IMG/VR virus record: IMGVR_UViG_3300017989_000052
Source of the DNA: a virus
Taxonomy: Duplodnaviria > Heunggongvirae > Uroviricota > Caudoviricetes
Strand: one strand, 5' to 3'
Length of the DNA stretch: 60,666 nucleotides
The position numbers and the translations under genes were made by a program. The notes under the pieces were generated by a model, which saw only the letters and a program-made list of their open reading frames with translations, searched no databases and was not told the DNA's origin. Shown in pieces: positions 9,863 to 18,967 of the stretch. Numbering within the stretch: position 1 is the stretch's first letter; every line of letters starts with the position of its first letter.

Positions 9863-9908
9863 TTTCCTTCTGGGATCAAAGGCAATTCATCCTATAAATA
9901 ATACCTTT

Positions 9909-10425
9909 GGGGGCGCCATTGGCCATTTGCAGCCGCCCCCGGTGCGCGCGTAGGGCGAAAAGCCCGCTGAAGCAAGCCTGCCGGACACGCTGCCGGATGG
10001 GCAAACCATTTCGGAGGTTCAACATGCATCTGATCCGAGACGGCCCTTAAGAAGGAATCGATTGGCGGGGACCCTAAAGAAGCTTGAGTCCGGTTGCCCG
10101 CAAGCAGACCCACAAAGAAAAAAGCAAGAGAAACAAAGCATCGCCTGATCCCAATAACAATAGGAAAGGTGGACAATGCTGCAATCTTGAGCGGGGTAGT
10201 TTTCCTCTGCAGGTGAGGCCTATCTCGCGATGACAGAAAAAAGTTGAGCCTGCACCTTAAAAACGGGAAGAGGGGTCGTCGCAGACACTCAACCGCTTGC
10301 ACTGGCCAGGAGCCCCAAGAAGAGACCGAATTGCGGGGGCGGCCTGATGCCGGGGAAGCGGTCATGCTGGGAAAAAGTCCGGACACGCAAGCAACCCAGC
10401 AACTCACCTCACGCGACAACCCCTT
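9909..10425 (+). ncRNA. candidate large structured non-coding RNA (~510 nt)
   Basis: GC-rich island without a credible ORF; nested helices and a long-range closing helix; TATAAAT upstream and T-run downstream. Confidence 0.6.
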
Positions 10426-10532
10426 TTTCCTTCGTTTTAAATCGGTAGGTCATGTTAATGGAACTTTTAGAAAACCTTCGAAGTTCTGGGCAGTAACATT
10501 ATATATCTATTATAGTTTTCGCTTGGTATCTG

Positions 10533-11102
10533 ATGAAAGGCGTGACTATGCAACGGAAACAAAAATGGGGGAAACCTCTTCTCAAAGAAGAAATCGATGA
10601 TTTAGTCGCCCGAGTGGGTGTTTTTGAATGGGGGAGCTGTCAGTATCAAACCGCCGCAGGGTTTTTCTACTTAATCCGTGAGATGCGAGAAGATGGGATT
10701 CCTTGGGAGCAATGCCTGTCCCTTTTAGGGATAGAGTGCAACTTTAGTAAGATTGAGAATAATTTCAAAAACTTCGGGGGCGAGGAGATTGCTGGAGGAT
10801 TCGACAAGAAAGAGTATGAAGCGCTCTTCAAAATGCCATACCCCCCACCAGACCCACCCTCGGCAGAGGCGGCTTTTGAAATGACAAAAGACAGGGCTTG
10901 GGATTTGTGGGGGGCAGCTCCCACAATTGCTGAGTGGTGTTTTAAGGACTTAAAAATTGAAGCTCCCCAAAGCCCCGGATTCGGGCCGTCAGGGAATGTG
11001 CTGGTACAAAACACGAATTATATAGTCGGTCTCTGTTGTGCCCTGCTTTACGAATATGGTTTAGTAAAAGATATTGAATGCTTTAAGGATTACGACACGT
11101 AG
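10533..11102 (+). CDS. hypothetical protein
   Basis: Long ORF with typical composition. Confidence 0.65.
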   Translation: MKGVTMQRKQKWGKPLLKEEIDDLVARVGVFEWGSCQYQTAAGFFYLIREMREDGIPWEQCLSLLGIECNFSKIENNFKNFGGEEIAGGFDKKEYEALFKMPYPPPDPPSAEAAFEMTKDRAWDLWGAAPTIAEWCFKDLKIEAPQSPGFGPSGNVLVQNTNYIVGLCCALLYEYGLVKDIECFKDYDT

Positions 11103-11143
11103 GATGAAATATTTTCTAAATATTAGAATAAGAGGCTCTTAAA

Positions 11144-11635
11144 ATGTTAGCCCTCTTTCTTGATATTGATGGGGTCTTATGCTTTGGGCGGAAGCATGCG
11201 TGCCACCTTGAGAAGAGAAAACTAAAATTTCTCAAGAAGATACAAGCTAAAACGGGCGCACGGATAATCTTAATCTCAGTCTGGCGCAAATCCGATTGGA
11301 ATCTCAAATACTTAATGCCAGCATTCAAAAAATATAAAATTGAATGGGACCCAGCAGATAAGACAGGGTCTATTCTATACCGAGAGGGCAATGAACGCCC
11401 CTTTGAGATTAGGGATTTTCTAGAGAAGCATCCTGAAATAACAAACTTCGCGGTGCTAGACGATGAAAACCATAAATCGTTTGGTCACCATATGTTTCAT
11501 GCCGACTTAATGAGAAAACCTCCTGGCATAATTATTAAAGAAGGATTAATCCACAAAGTCGGCCTAACTAAAGATTTGGCTGAGGCGATTATTACATATC
11601 TTAATCGGCCTAAACCGGAGTTTCCCTATGGGTAA
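11144..11635 (+). CDS. HAD-superfamily phosphatase (Swiss-army-knife RNA-repair-like)
   Basis: LFLDIDGVL, IILISVWR, FAVLDDE. Confidence 0.8.
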   Translation: MLALFLDIDGVLCFGRKHACHLEKRKLKFLKKIQAKTGARIILISVWRKSDWNLKYLMPAFKKYKIEWDPADKTGSILYREGNERPFEIRDFLEKHPEITNFAVLDDENHKSFGHHMFHADLMRKPPGIIIKEGLIHKVGLTKDLAEAIITYLNRPKPEFPYG

Positions 11636-12098
11636 AATTTACTACCGAAATTTTTACGATAAAGTATGCTACAGCGAAAGGGATTATACTTGGAGTTATG
11701 TTATAAGCGGGGAAAGAAAATATAGAACAAGAGCCCTGGATATTGAAATAACTCCTTGGGAGATGATCCATTTTGGGAAGTGGGTAACTGTAGCTTCCGG
11801 GTTTACTTCAGACGAAGTAGTCCCTCGGGAGGACACTCCCTTTACCTGGGTAAAAAGAAAAACAACGCTGACCCAAATTAAAAACTTCTCTTGGTTTGCA
11901 AAATGGGGGGCTAAGATTGCTTTCCTTTTTAAGAGAAAGAAATATCGGGAAATTTGTGCCTCTCAAATGAATGATCTTCGGAGGGGTTTAACGGCAAACG
12001 AAAATTTCGTGAGGTTGTTTTCAAAAGCATGCCTTACTAAATCTGCCACACAGCATAAAATTGCGGTGGAGTCGAAATTAAATGTTATCGAATATTGA
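11628..12098 (+). CDS. hypothetical protein
   Basis: Coupled ORF. Confidence 0.6.
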   Translation: MGKIYYRNFYDKVCYSERDYTWSYVISGERKYRTRALDIEITPWEMIHFGKWVTVASGFTSDEVVPREDTPFTWVKRKTTLTQIKNFSWFAKWGAKIAFLFKRKKYREICASQMNDLRRGLTANENFVRLFSKACLTKSATQHKIAVESKLNVIEY

Positions 12099-12468
12099 AA
12101 TCTACCGATACCGATACGGGCTATACGAACAATACGACTTTAAGAGGCAACTCACTTTAAGCGAGCAGCTTGGTTTTATCTTATCTTGGTCGTTTTATAA
12201 CGAAGCAATTCTTTTCTGCCGAGTACTCTCGATCGACATTACAACATGTGTGGTGAAGCTGCTTCCTTATAAATATCACTACGATAAGGAAGAGGGGGAA
12301 ATTATAAAAAGATGTGACCAAATACGAGTTTATGGATGGAAATATATTGCTGAAGGTTGGAAAAGAAATCAACAGGATAAACCCATTATTCGTCTTGAGG
12401 AGTTTTTAACCTCTCCAAGCAGAAGACAGCGGGTTTTGGCAAAAGCAATTTCGAAGAGTTTGAAGTAA
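12082..12468 (+). CDS. LTH-tag protein (C-terminal tag)
   Basis: RLEEFLTSPSRRQRVLAKAI. Confidence 0.75.
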   Translation: MLSNIEIYRYRYGLYEQYDFKRQLTLSEQLGFILSWSFYNEAILFCRVLSIDITTCVVKLLPYKYHYDKEEGEIIKRCDQIRVYGWKYIAEGWKRNQQDKPIIRLEEFLTSPSRRQRVLAKAISKSLK

Positions 12469-12499
12469 GTTTTTTTGACTTAAAAGTTTAAAGGCACAG

Positions 12500-12527
12500 A
12501 AAAAGGGAGCAGTGATGCTCCCTTTTT
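12500..12527. terminator. bidirectional intrinsic terminator
   Basis: AAAAAGGGAGC-AGTGAT-GCTCCCTTTTT between convergent genes. Confidence 0.85.
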
Positions 12528-12551
12528 CCGTAGCGGCGTTGTGAGGCTCGT

Positions 12552-12884
12552 CTAGAGCTTGGCGTCGACCTTCGCCGTCTCGAACAGCCAAGCGATGTTT
12601 TCGACCGCCCACGCCTTGCGGACGTACCACCGGCGGTTGCGCATGTACGCACCGGCGGCGTTGATGTCGTCCTCGGAGACGGGCTTGTGCGCGATCTCGC
12701 GCTCGCCGTTGTTGGTCCGCAGGGCCTTCCGGAGCTTGAAGCTCGCGGTGAACCCGGGGTCCGGGGACTGGGCGGAGGGGTCGAAATCGATCGACTTCTG
12801 CTCCTTGAGGCCCTTGAGAACCTCCATGAGCTTCATCGTCTCCTTCTCCCCGAACACCTTCTCGATCACAGTTTGCTTCGGCAT
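12552..12884 (-). CDS. GC-rich conserved basic protein, paralogue 1 of 3
   Basis: MKLMEVLKGLKEQKSIDFDPSAQSPDPGF...RRWYVRKAW; AGGAG RBS. Confidence 0.85.
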   Translation of the reverse strand: MPKQTVIEKVFGEKETMKLMEVLKGLKEQKSIDFDPSAQSPDPGFTASFKLRKALRTNNGEREIAHKPVSEDDINAAGAYMRNRRWYVRKAWAVENIAWLFETAKVDAKL

Positions 12885-13063
12885 GGCTCAACTCCTTGCA
12901 GGGATTGCCGAACAGAACAGTGGGGAAACTAACGCCCAGCCCAACTAGGGTGGGCGCCTAACCCCTTTGGTATTGGGTATATTGCTGAAACCAAAAGAGC
13001 CACGTATGAATTTATTTTTTAACGTAGCGTTTTTGGGATCACCTTTAACCCCTAATGCTAACC

Positions 13064-13110
13064 TATATATGATTGTATTCCGGCGTAAAACCGGTGTAAA
13101 TATTTTTTTT
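13064..13110 (-). promoter_or_regulatory. conserved promoter element, copy 1
   Basis: Minus strand TTTACACCGGTTTTACGCCGGAATACAATCATATATAG. Confidence 0.65.
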
Positions 13111-13151
13111 GGTTTGTATTTTGGGGTTCAGCTCTATAGTTTCAATAGAAA

Positions 13152-13253
13152 GCCCCCTATTATTAGGGGGCCAATTTGAAATTAGGCTACTTCCTTTTGT
13201 TTGCCCTTTTGTAGCTTTAATAAAATAATAAAGGGCCCCATTAATAGGGGGCC
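13152..13253. repeat. pair of related palindromes in divergent promoter region
   Basis: GCCCCCTA-TTAT-TAGGGGGC (13152-13171) and GGCCCC-ATTAATAG-GGGGCC (13234-13253). Confidence 0.6.
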
Positions 13254-13426
13254 TATGTTCCCAAAGGTAAATTAAAAACAATTAGCCAAAAATTCTCTAA
13301 GGAACCTACGAGGATCCTTATGAAATCTTTATATAAACCTTAGCAGGTTGCCCATTGGGGGTTCTGCTTTTTGGTGCTTGATTGCGCCACATCTTGGGCT
13401 AGGAATAGCCCGTCAGACAAGGAGAC

Positions 13427-13927
13427 ATGGAAATGTCGTCACTTATCTCTCCCCACGCCCGCGCAGTTTTCACGGCACTTGCCACTCAGATGTCGAATAC
13501 CGCAGACATCTCAAACGAGAAGATTGCCGAAGTCAATACTTTGCTTCGGAAGTCAGGGTACCCTGAGACCTTCATGGAACCCAACCCAATCTTCCTTTAC
13601 AAGGACAAGGACGATACTTGCGCAATCTTCCTCGTAGTGCAGAGTAAGGAACTAAAAACCGTCCCGGCGGTGATGTCCAAGTTTGATCAGAGATGGATCT
13701 ATAATTGGGGGGCTATCTCCAGCTTGACTGGACAATGTCGGGGAATTCGCCTTGCAGCAGCACAAGTGCTTGAACACTTACTTGATACGGTGGCAGTCAA
13801 AGCCCGAGACTGGTTCGAGCAATCTTTCAACTTTGACTTGTCGGCACTAGATAATGAAATCTCCCAAATCTCGGACTATGAGAAACAGATAGCACAACAG
13901 CTCTCGGAAAACTCCAGCAAAGACTAG
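13427..13927 (+). CDS. hypothetical protein
   Basis: AGGAG RBS; flanked by a promoter-like AT box and a terminator. Confidence 0.7.
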   Translation: MEMSSLISPHARAVFTALATQMSNTADISNEKIAEVNTLLRKSGYPETFMEPNPIFLYKDKDDTCAIFLVVQSKELKTVPAVMSKFDQRWIYNWGAISSLTGQCRGIRLAAAQVLEHLLDTVAVKARDWFEQSFNFDLSALDNEISQISDYEKQIAQQLSENSSKD

Positions 13928-13954
13928 GAAAACTGGGGATTAAAATAAAACTGA

Positions 13955-13984
13955 GAAAAGGAGGGTTACACAGCCCTCCTTTTC
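13955..13984 (+). terminator. intrinsic terminator
   Basis: GAAAAGGAGGG-TTACACAG-CCCTCCTTTTC. Confidence 0.8.
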
Positions 13985-14075
13985 TTTTGGTTTTAAAACC
14001 CCAGGTCAAACGTAGGTCCAAAAGAAAACGCCATATATTTAAAATGTCCAGAACCCCCTTTTAATTTCCGGAGGA

Positions 14076-14498
14076 TTGAAAGCAATGAAAATTTTAAAGG
14101 AAAGCGAAACCAAAACTTTCACGGAGTTTTCCCTTTTCTTTGTCTGGGAGGACGACCCGAATGCGGGGTTCAGTTTCCCTTGCGATGAAGACGGCAATCT
14201 TCTCGATGATGGTATGTCAGAATTAGGGAAAGAAAATTTTCGGAAATGCCAGGATGGGACTTTCGATGTTCGGTCTGAGGGCATCCAAAAAAGAGAGGAT
14301 ACCTACCAGGAACCCGCTATTGGAGAATGTGCTTGTGGAGAAAAGATTGTTTTGGGATCGTTCACAAATACGTGTGAGCGGTGTGGCCGCGATTATAACT
14401 GGAGCGGGCAAGAGCTAGCACCCCGTTGCCAGTGGGGGGAAGAGACTGGGGAAACCGCAACCGACATTTTAATGGGCGGCAATCCTTTTTCAGAGTAA
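14076..14498 (+). CDS. Zn-finger hypothetical protein
   Basis: ECACG ... TCERCGRDYNWSGQELAP. Confidence 0.7.
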   Translation: MKAMKILKESETKTFTEFSLFFVWEDDPNAGFSFPCDEDGNLLDDGMSELGKENFRKCQDGTFDVRSEGIQKREDTYQEPAIGECACGEKIVLGSFTNTCERCGRDYNWSGQELAPRCQWGEETGETATDILMGGNPFSE

Positions 14499-14505
14499 TA
14501 ATAGT

Positions 14506-14805
14506 ATGAAAATCTGGCTTGACGATATAAGACCAATGCCGGAAGGGTATGATATTCATGCCTATACGGCAGCTGAAGCGATTAAGCTTTTAGAGTCCGG
14601 CAAAGTAACAAGGATTAGCCTTGATCATGATCTAGCAGACCCTATCCGGGATGGGTATGAGGTGGCTTGTTGGATCGAAGCTCATGCCTACGATGGCACT
14701 CTTCCAAAACTCAAATGGAGCCTTCATTCTGCTAACCCTGTTGGGGTTTCGCGAATGAAGGCAGCTCTAGAACAAGCTAACAAATGGTGGAAAAAGAATG
14801 GCTAA
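14506..14805 (+). CDS. cyclic-phosphate processing receiver domain protein
   Basis: IWLDDIRP, ISLDHDL, GYEVACWI, LHSANPVG. Confidence 0.8.
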   Translation: MKIWLDDIRPMPEGYDIHAYTAAEAIKLLESGKVTRISLDHDLADPIRDGYEVACWIEAHAYDGTLPKLKWSLHSANPVGVSRMKAALEQANKWWKKNG

Positions 14806-15028
14806 AACACACCGCTTGTCCTTTGAAGGAAGTCTGAAAGAGGTCTCTACCATACTGGAGGGGCTGCACGAGCTCATCTGCTCAACTACGGAAGCTAAAG
14901 TAGATGTTGTTGCAGGAAACAAAGGCACTTGGAAAGGAAAAGAAGCGGAAAAATTCTGGCTTGATTCGCATCTCAGGTACTTAGAGAAGATTAAGAAAAG
15001 TATTCGGGTAGAGGTTATCGATGATTAA
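14798..15028 (+). CDS. hypothetical protein
   Basis: Coupled ORF. Confidence 0.55.
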   Translation: MAKTHRLSFEGSLKEVSTILEGLHELICSTTEAKVDVVAGNKGTWKGKEAEKFWLDSHLRYLEKIKKSIRVEVIDD

Positions 15029-15326
15029 AGCCTTACTAACCCGACCGGAGCCTTCATTACGAATGTTGGCGAAAGATCTTTTAAAACGTGAGATCGATAA
15101 TTTTTGTGAAATTATTTGTCTTCAGGATGAGGGCTTTAACGCCTGGTCTTTCACCCTTCTTCATATTACAGAATCATGGTGCATGGCTAAAATTTCCTAT
15201 TCTCCTCGGAAAAATAGACCCTTCTATTTTCGATTTGAAAATACAAATCTATTCTTCGAAGATTCAGAAAGTCTTTCACAAATAATACGCCTTTGGGCAA
15301 GGAATCCGGATTCTTTTGATGTATAG
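15021..15326 (+). CDS. LTH-tag protein (N-terminal tag)
   Basis: MIKALLTRPEPSLRMLAKDLL. Confidence 0.75.
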   Translation: MIKALLTRPEPSLRMLAKDLLKREIDNFCEIICLQDEGFNAWSFTLLHITESWCMAKISYSPRKNRPFYFRFENTNLFFEDSESLSQIIRLWARNPDSFDV

Positions 15327-15726
15327 AATAGTAATCTCTACCTACAATTTCACCTTTTGTAAGGAACTTAAATCTTTCCCAAAACGGGAAAATATTGTTT
15401 CTGCCTTATTAGGGTTGGCCGACGCCGCTTATACGGACTTATACAAAGGCAACCTGCTAGAGATTAAAATTGATTTTAAGAGAAAAGAGTTTAATCTTAT
15501 TGATAATGAAAAAGAGGGAGACCAGTTTAATATGCAACACTATTGGGAAATAGTTGAGAAGGGAAAGAAGGTTCCCGTACTGGCGCCAATTCTGAATTCG
15601 ATCCGAAAACAGTTTCAAATGCTTCCCTTGAAAGCTTATTTCACACATAGTGCCCCCCTCTTTCGAATGATCGCAAAGGCAGACCTTAATTCTGATTTCA
15701 TTTGCGCAAAATCTAATGATTCTTAA
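15316..15726 (+). CDS. LTH-tag protein (C-terminal tag)
   Basis: PLKAYFTHSAPLFRMIAKADL. Confidence 0.75.
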   Translation: MMYRIVISTYNFTFCKELKSFPKRENIVSALLGLADAAYTDLYKGNLLEIKIDFKRKEFNLIDNEKEGDQFNMQHYWEIVEKGKKVPVLAPILNSIRKQFQMLPLKAYFTHSAPLFRMIAKADLNSDFICAKSNDS

Positions 15727-16057
15727 TCTAAAACAGGCACTAACAAATAGAAGTCTGCTGGTACGCCAGGCGGCAAAAAAGCTGAGTATGCTGTGCCCAG
15801 AAAAGCCTATTGCTTTCTATATACATTATCCTTCTCTTGAAATCGCGTTAAAAGAAGATAAGCATCGTTTCTTTTGTATTAAGAAAATGGATTCATCGTT
15901 TTACGACGTAATGGAAGTAAGAATGATTATTTATTGGGGATATGGAGCAGCGGGGCTTCCAGAACAAGGTAAATTCTTCTCAAGGGGCTGCAAAGATTTA
16001 ACCGAACTTCTTTCTTTATTAGAAAAGTGGTATTATAAAGAAGGGAACTTTGCTTAA
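15716..16057 (+). CDS. LTH-tag protein (N-terminal tag)
   Basis: LKQALTNRSLLVRQAAKKL. Confidence 0.75.
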   Translation: MILNLKQALTNRSLLVRQAAKKLSMLCPEKPIAFYIHYPSLEIALKEDKHRFFCIKKMDSSFYDVMEVRMIIYWGYGAAGLPEQGKFFSRGCKDLTELLSLLEKWYYKEGNFA

Positions 16058-16062
16058 ATTTT

Positions 16063-16380
16063 ATGAAAATAACTGTATTCAAACCTTTAGTTGTGCGCTC
16101 CGATGATTATATTGTTTTTGTAGAATACGCAGAAGGGTGGCCCGATTTATTTTTCCTAAAAAAAGGGAAGGTCCTCCACGATATACGGGATTACACTATG
16201 TATCATGATATTATGTATCGCCCAAACGAAGTGCTTGGCGTAAAATATGCAGAAAGCTTTTTTCCTACAAACGGAACAAATTGTAGTGTTATCCCTGCGG
16301 AAGTATTATTAACTGAGAAAAAAGCAAGCTATCGAACATTTATGAAAAATCTTCTAGAATATAGCAAGGAAAGAAAATGA
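16063..16380 (+). CDS. LTH-tag protein (degenerate C-terminal tag)
   Basis: PAEVLLTEKKASYRTFMKNLL. Confidence 0.65.
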   Translation: MKITVFKPLVVRSDDYIVFVEYAEGWPDLFFLKKGKVLHDIRDYTMYHDIMYRPNEVLGVKYAESFFPTNGTNCSVIPAEVLLTEKKASYRTFMKNLLEYSKERK

Positions 16381-16547
16381 AAGTTTCAATATCTTTATTT
16401 GAATTAGAACAAGCTATTCGAGAATACGTGAGAAAGAAAGGGATCCAAGTCGACGACAATGCAAAGGTCGAAATGGAATATACTAAAGATTATGATGAAA
16501 CTTATTTAGAAGGAGCTTCTATCCAAATTAAAGAGAAGCAAACTTAA
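16377..16547 (+). CDS. small hypothetical protein (56 aa)
   Basis: ATGA overlap; fills the gap between tagged genes. Confidence 0.55.
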   Translation: MKVSISLFELEQAIREYVRKKGIQVDDNAKVEMEYTKDYDETYLEGASIQIKEKQT

Positions 16548-16550
16548 ATT

Positions 16551-16898
16551 ATGAATTTTTATCACACAACTGTGGACGGGCTACATTCCCGCTATAGCAT
16601 AATCCTTACTTCGTTACCGACAGTAAACGAGCTACTTCTCTGGGCAGCTGAAATCCTTATCGAGAAGGAAGATATCGGCAGAGTTTCTGGTAAGGCCGCA
16701 CTACATAATAATAAAGTATTTAGTAGAAAAGATTCTATTTCGATAAGTTTTTCAACTGAAAGAAACCGACTTTTCAATTTTCACGCGGCATCTTCAAAAA
16801 TTGACTTAGAGGATGTGAAAACTTTGGAGTCCTACCTAACTCACGCGGAACCTGTGATACGGCGGCTTGCAAAACAGAGGATGGAAATCCCTGAATGA
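16551..16898 (+). CDS. LTH-tag protein (PxxxE subfamily)
   Basis: LPTVNELLLWAAE; TLESYLTHAEPVIRRLAKQRM. Confidence 0.8.
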   Translation: MNFYHTTVDGLHSRYSIILTSLPTVNELLLWAAEILIEKEDIGRVSGKAALHNNKVFSRKDSISISFSTERNRLFNFHAASSKIDLEDVKTLESYLTHAEPVIRRLAKQRMEIPE

Positions 16899-16941
16899 AA
16901 TGCTTCGTCGCCTTGTTTGAAACCAGTAGGAGCACGGCAAG

Positions 16942-17460
16942 ATGAAATTCCTTAACCTCGGCGTTGTTGATGGGGCGAGACTTTCATGCTCAAGAACTCC
17001 AATTCGCCACGACAACTCATCCCTTGTTTTTGCCCTAGTCTTAAAAGAAATTGAGTCTACCCTTAAAAGGTTAAAAATCGAAATAGATTACCCCTATGAT
17101 ATTATTCGATTAGAAACCTCAACTTTCAAGGCCTTCAAATTCAAATTAAAGGAGTTAAGAGCTTCTTGGATGTGGGAACGGTCTTCCTTAGGAAATTTTC
17201 TTCGTACTATTCGAGGTTTCCTTCTAGACTTTAGGGATCAATGTTTTCAAATGGATCTTAATGAGGAGGATATGGAGAATGAGGAATTTATTTTCCTCCA
17301 AGCAAGAGAAAAAGAACTGTCTAAAAATAACTATCTTTATTTTTTCTTTTGGCACGTAGACGAGCAAGGGGAAGAAGAAGGAAAGCTTGAAACCTTCTTG
17401 ACCGCCAGCCATAAGGAGGTTCGGGATTTGGCCGTGACGTTTCTCAGGAAGAAAAAATGA
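16942..17460 (+). CDS. LTH-tag protein (C-terminal tag)
   Basis: KLETFLTASHKEVRDLAVTFL. Confidence 0.75.
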   Translation: MKFLNLGVVDGARLSCSRTPIRHDNSSLVFALVLKEIESTLKRLKIEIDYPYDIIRLETSTFKAFKFKLKELRASWMWERSSLGNFLRTIRGFLLDFRDQCFQMDLNEEDMENEEFIFLQAREKELSKNNYLYFFFWHVDEQGEEEGKLETFLTASHKEVRDLAVTFLRKKK

Positions 17461-17759
17461 AAATAACCAATAAAGTTTTTCAGATAGAACGTCATCTCTA
17501 TTGGGTCTTAAGTACTAATGAAATCCTTGCCATCTGCCTACCAGAGAAGTTGAAGTTTCAGTATCCGCCGCACCTCGTTAAATCAAACCACCCCAATTGG
17601 TATGTTCTAATTGAAAGATTCAGTAGACAGATAGAGGGGCATCCAAAAAAAGATAGCGAATTTGAAGTTAAGGAGCTCCCGCTCCATAACCTTTTAACTG
17701 TCGACGATCCACGGGTTCGCGCTTTAGCGAAAAAGGAGCTTCAAAAACTCAAACGTTAA
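17457..17759 (+). CDS. LTH-tag protein (C-terminal tag)
   Basis: PLHNLLTVDDPRVRALAKKEL. Confidence 0.8.
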   Translation: MKITNKVFQIERHLYWVLSTNEILAICLPEKLKFQYPPHLVKSNHPNWYVLIERFSRQIEGHPKKDSEFEVKELPLHNLLTVDDPRVRALAKKELQKLKR

Positions 17760-17792
17760 ACTTGGGGATACAATTATATTTTAAATATAGGA
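17755..17792 (+). promoter_or_regulatory. putative phage promoter
   Basis: TTAAACTTGGGGATACAATTATATTTTAAATATAGG. Confidence 0.5.
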
Positions 17793-17808
17793 AGGTACCA
17801 TTTAAGGG

Positions 17809-18123
17809 GTGCCAACGCGGAAACCCCAACGAAAGGCATTTGAAATGAGCTCCCGAAAATACTCCATGTTCCGCGCTTGGAAAATCCGCCGGAAACTGAA
17901 GAAGCTCGCGAAACTTCTCGCCGATCTCTCTCAAACCAAAACAAAAGATTTTGTTGAGGAATGGGCGATGTATGACACGTTCCTCGACTTCATGGAGAAT
18001 CATCTCCTTGATGACCTGCCTGCCTATGACCGTGCTGCACACTTCATTGCAGCATTACGGTCGTACGTGCAAGAGCGGAGGGAAGATAACGAGGCAGAGC
18101 TCCAGCACCGCGATCCCCGTTAA
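17809..18123 (+). CDS. hypothetical protein
   Basis: GC-richer ORF after promoter; start may be ATG 17844. Confidence 0.6.
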   Translation: MPTRKPQRKAFEMSSRKYSMFRAWKIRRKLKKLAKLLADLSQTKTKDFVEEWAMYDTFLDFMENHLLDDLPAYDRAAHFIAALRSYVQERREDNEAELQHRDPR

Positions 18124-18175
18124 AACCCCTTTCCAAAAAACCAAACTAAGTTTGCTTAAACCCAAGGAGAATACC

Positions 18176-18367
18176 ATGAGCCGTATGGTTGATTTCCGGT
18201 GCCCCCTCTGCAACCAACTTCTTCAAGGGAAAGAACAGGTTGCGCTTTTGGATGAAGAGCCGCCCAAGAAAATTCTTTGCACAAATCCGGACTGTGGGTG
18301 TGAAGCACACCTAGAACACGAGGATGACGTGTATACGGGTCGTATCTACTTCTACAACGTGGGGTAG
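18176..18367 (+). CDS. small Zn-finger protein
   Basis: AAGGAG RBS; CPLC ... CTNPDC. Confidence 0.7.
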   Translation: MSRMVDFRCPLCNQLLQGKEQVALLDEEPPKKILCTNPDCGCEAHLEHEDDVYTGRIYFYNVG

Positions 18368-18393
18368 TCCTGCGGCCAAACAGGGTAAGCTAG

Positions 18394-18419
18394 AAAAAGG
18401 GAGCATCGGCTCCCTTTTT
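18394..18419 (+). terminator. intrinsic terminator
   Basis: AAAAAGGGAGC-ATCG-GCTCCCTTTTT, same stem as at 12500. Confidence 0.85.
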
Positions 18420-18536
18420 CTTTTCTTTCATCTTTTAAGGTCGAAGTTTCTTTCGTATTACTTTTGTGCTTCTTTATATATAAACCGTAGGGCAAGTCTG
18501 CTTTTAAATACGCGAAAAAACAGGGAAACGATTTCA

Positions 18537-18932
18537 ATGCTTTGTTTTTATAGAGGAAAATTTCAACCTTCGAGTCCTGGGGGATACTATTATAGCAGCG
18601 AAATAGATTTATGCCGAAAACCAACCTCACATGAACGGGCGGCACTAGCTTTAGAGTTATTATTAGAGAAAATAGAAAAATGGAACCTTGAATTTATCGA
18701 GCTCCATTGCTTTTTAACGAAAAAAGGTTGTCTTATTAAGGGGACTACAAACCCAGACAACTACAGGGTGCCAAATGGTTTCCGTTTAACCCTGGAAAGA
18801 AAAATTTCAAAAAAAAGAAACTTAAAATTAGACTTGAAAACCCCGCCCGACCTAAAAACCTTCCTCACACACGAGTTGCCTGTAATTCGAAAATGTGCGA
18901 AAGCAGTTATCCAAAATGATGGGGAGGTTTGA
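18537..18932 (+). CDS. LTH-tag protein (C-terminal tag)
   Basis: DLKTFLTHELPVIRKCAKAVI; start set to ATG 18537. Confidence 0.7.
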   Translation: MLCFYRGKFQPSSPGGYYYSSEIDLCRKPTSHERAALALELLLEKIEKWNLEFIELHCFLTKKGCLIKGTTNPDNYRVPNGFRLTLERKISKKRNLKLDLKTPPDLKTFLTHELPVIRKCAKAVIQNDGEV

Positions 18933-18967
18933 CCTCCCTTGGTCTGCAGTTTGCTTAAGGATTAAAG

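Noticed and set aside
9909-10425. tmRNA, RNase P RNA, or group I / group II intron identity for the ncRNA
   Set aside because: No T-arm or CCA and no tag ORF. GAAAGTCC-like text lies at the wrong end for RNase P. There is no domain V/VI after the closing helix, and group I P-Q-R-S elements are not in order.
9892-10600. ORFs 9892-10419 (-), 10244-10600 (+), 9762-9953 (+), 9676-9885 (-)
   Set aside because: No RBS and atypical composition; they are shadows over the structured RNA and the 44-aa peptide.
12406-12948. Plus-strand ORFs antisense to GC-rich paralogue 1 (likewise 53651-54232, 46216-46806 and 52615-53169)
   Set aside because: Long antisense frames are expected in GC-rich genes; the opposite strand has the RBS, homology and terminator.
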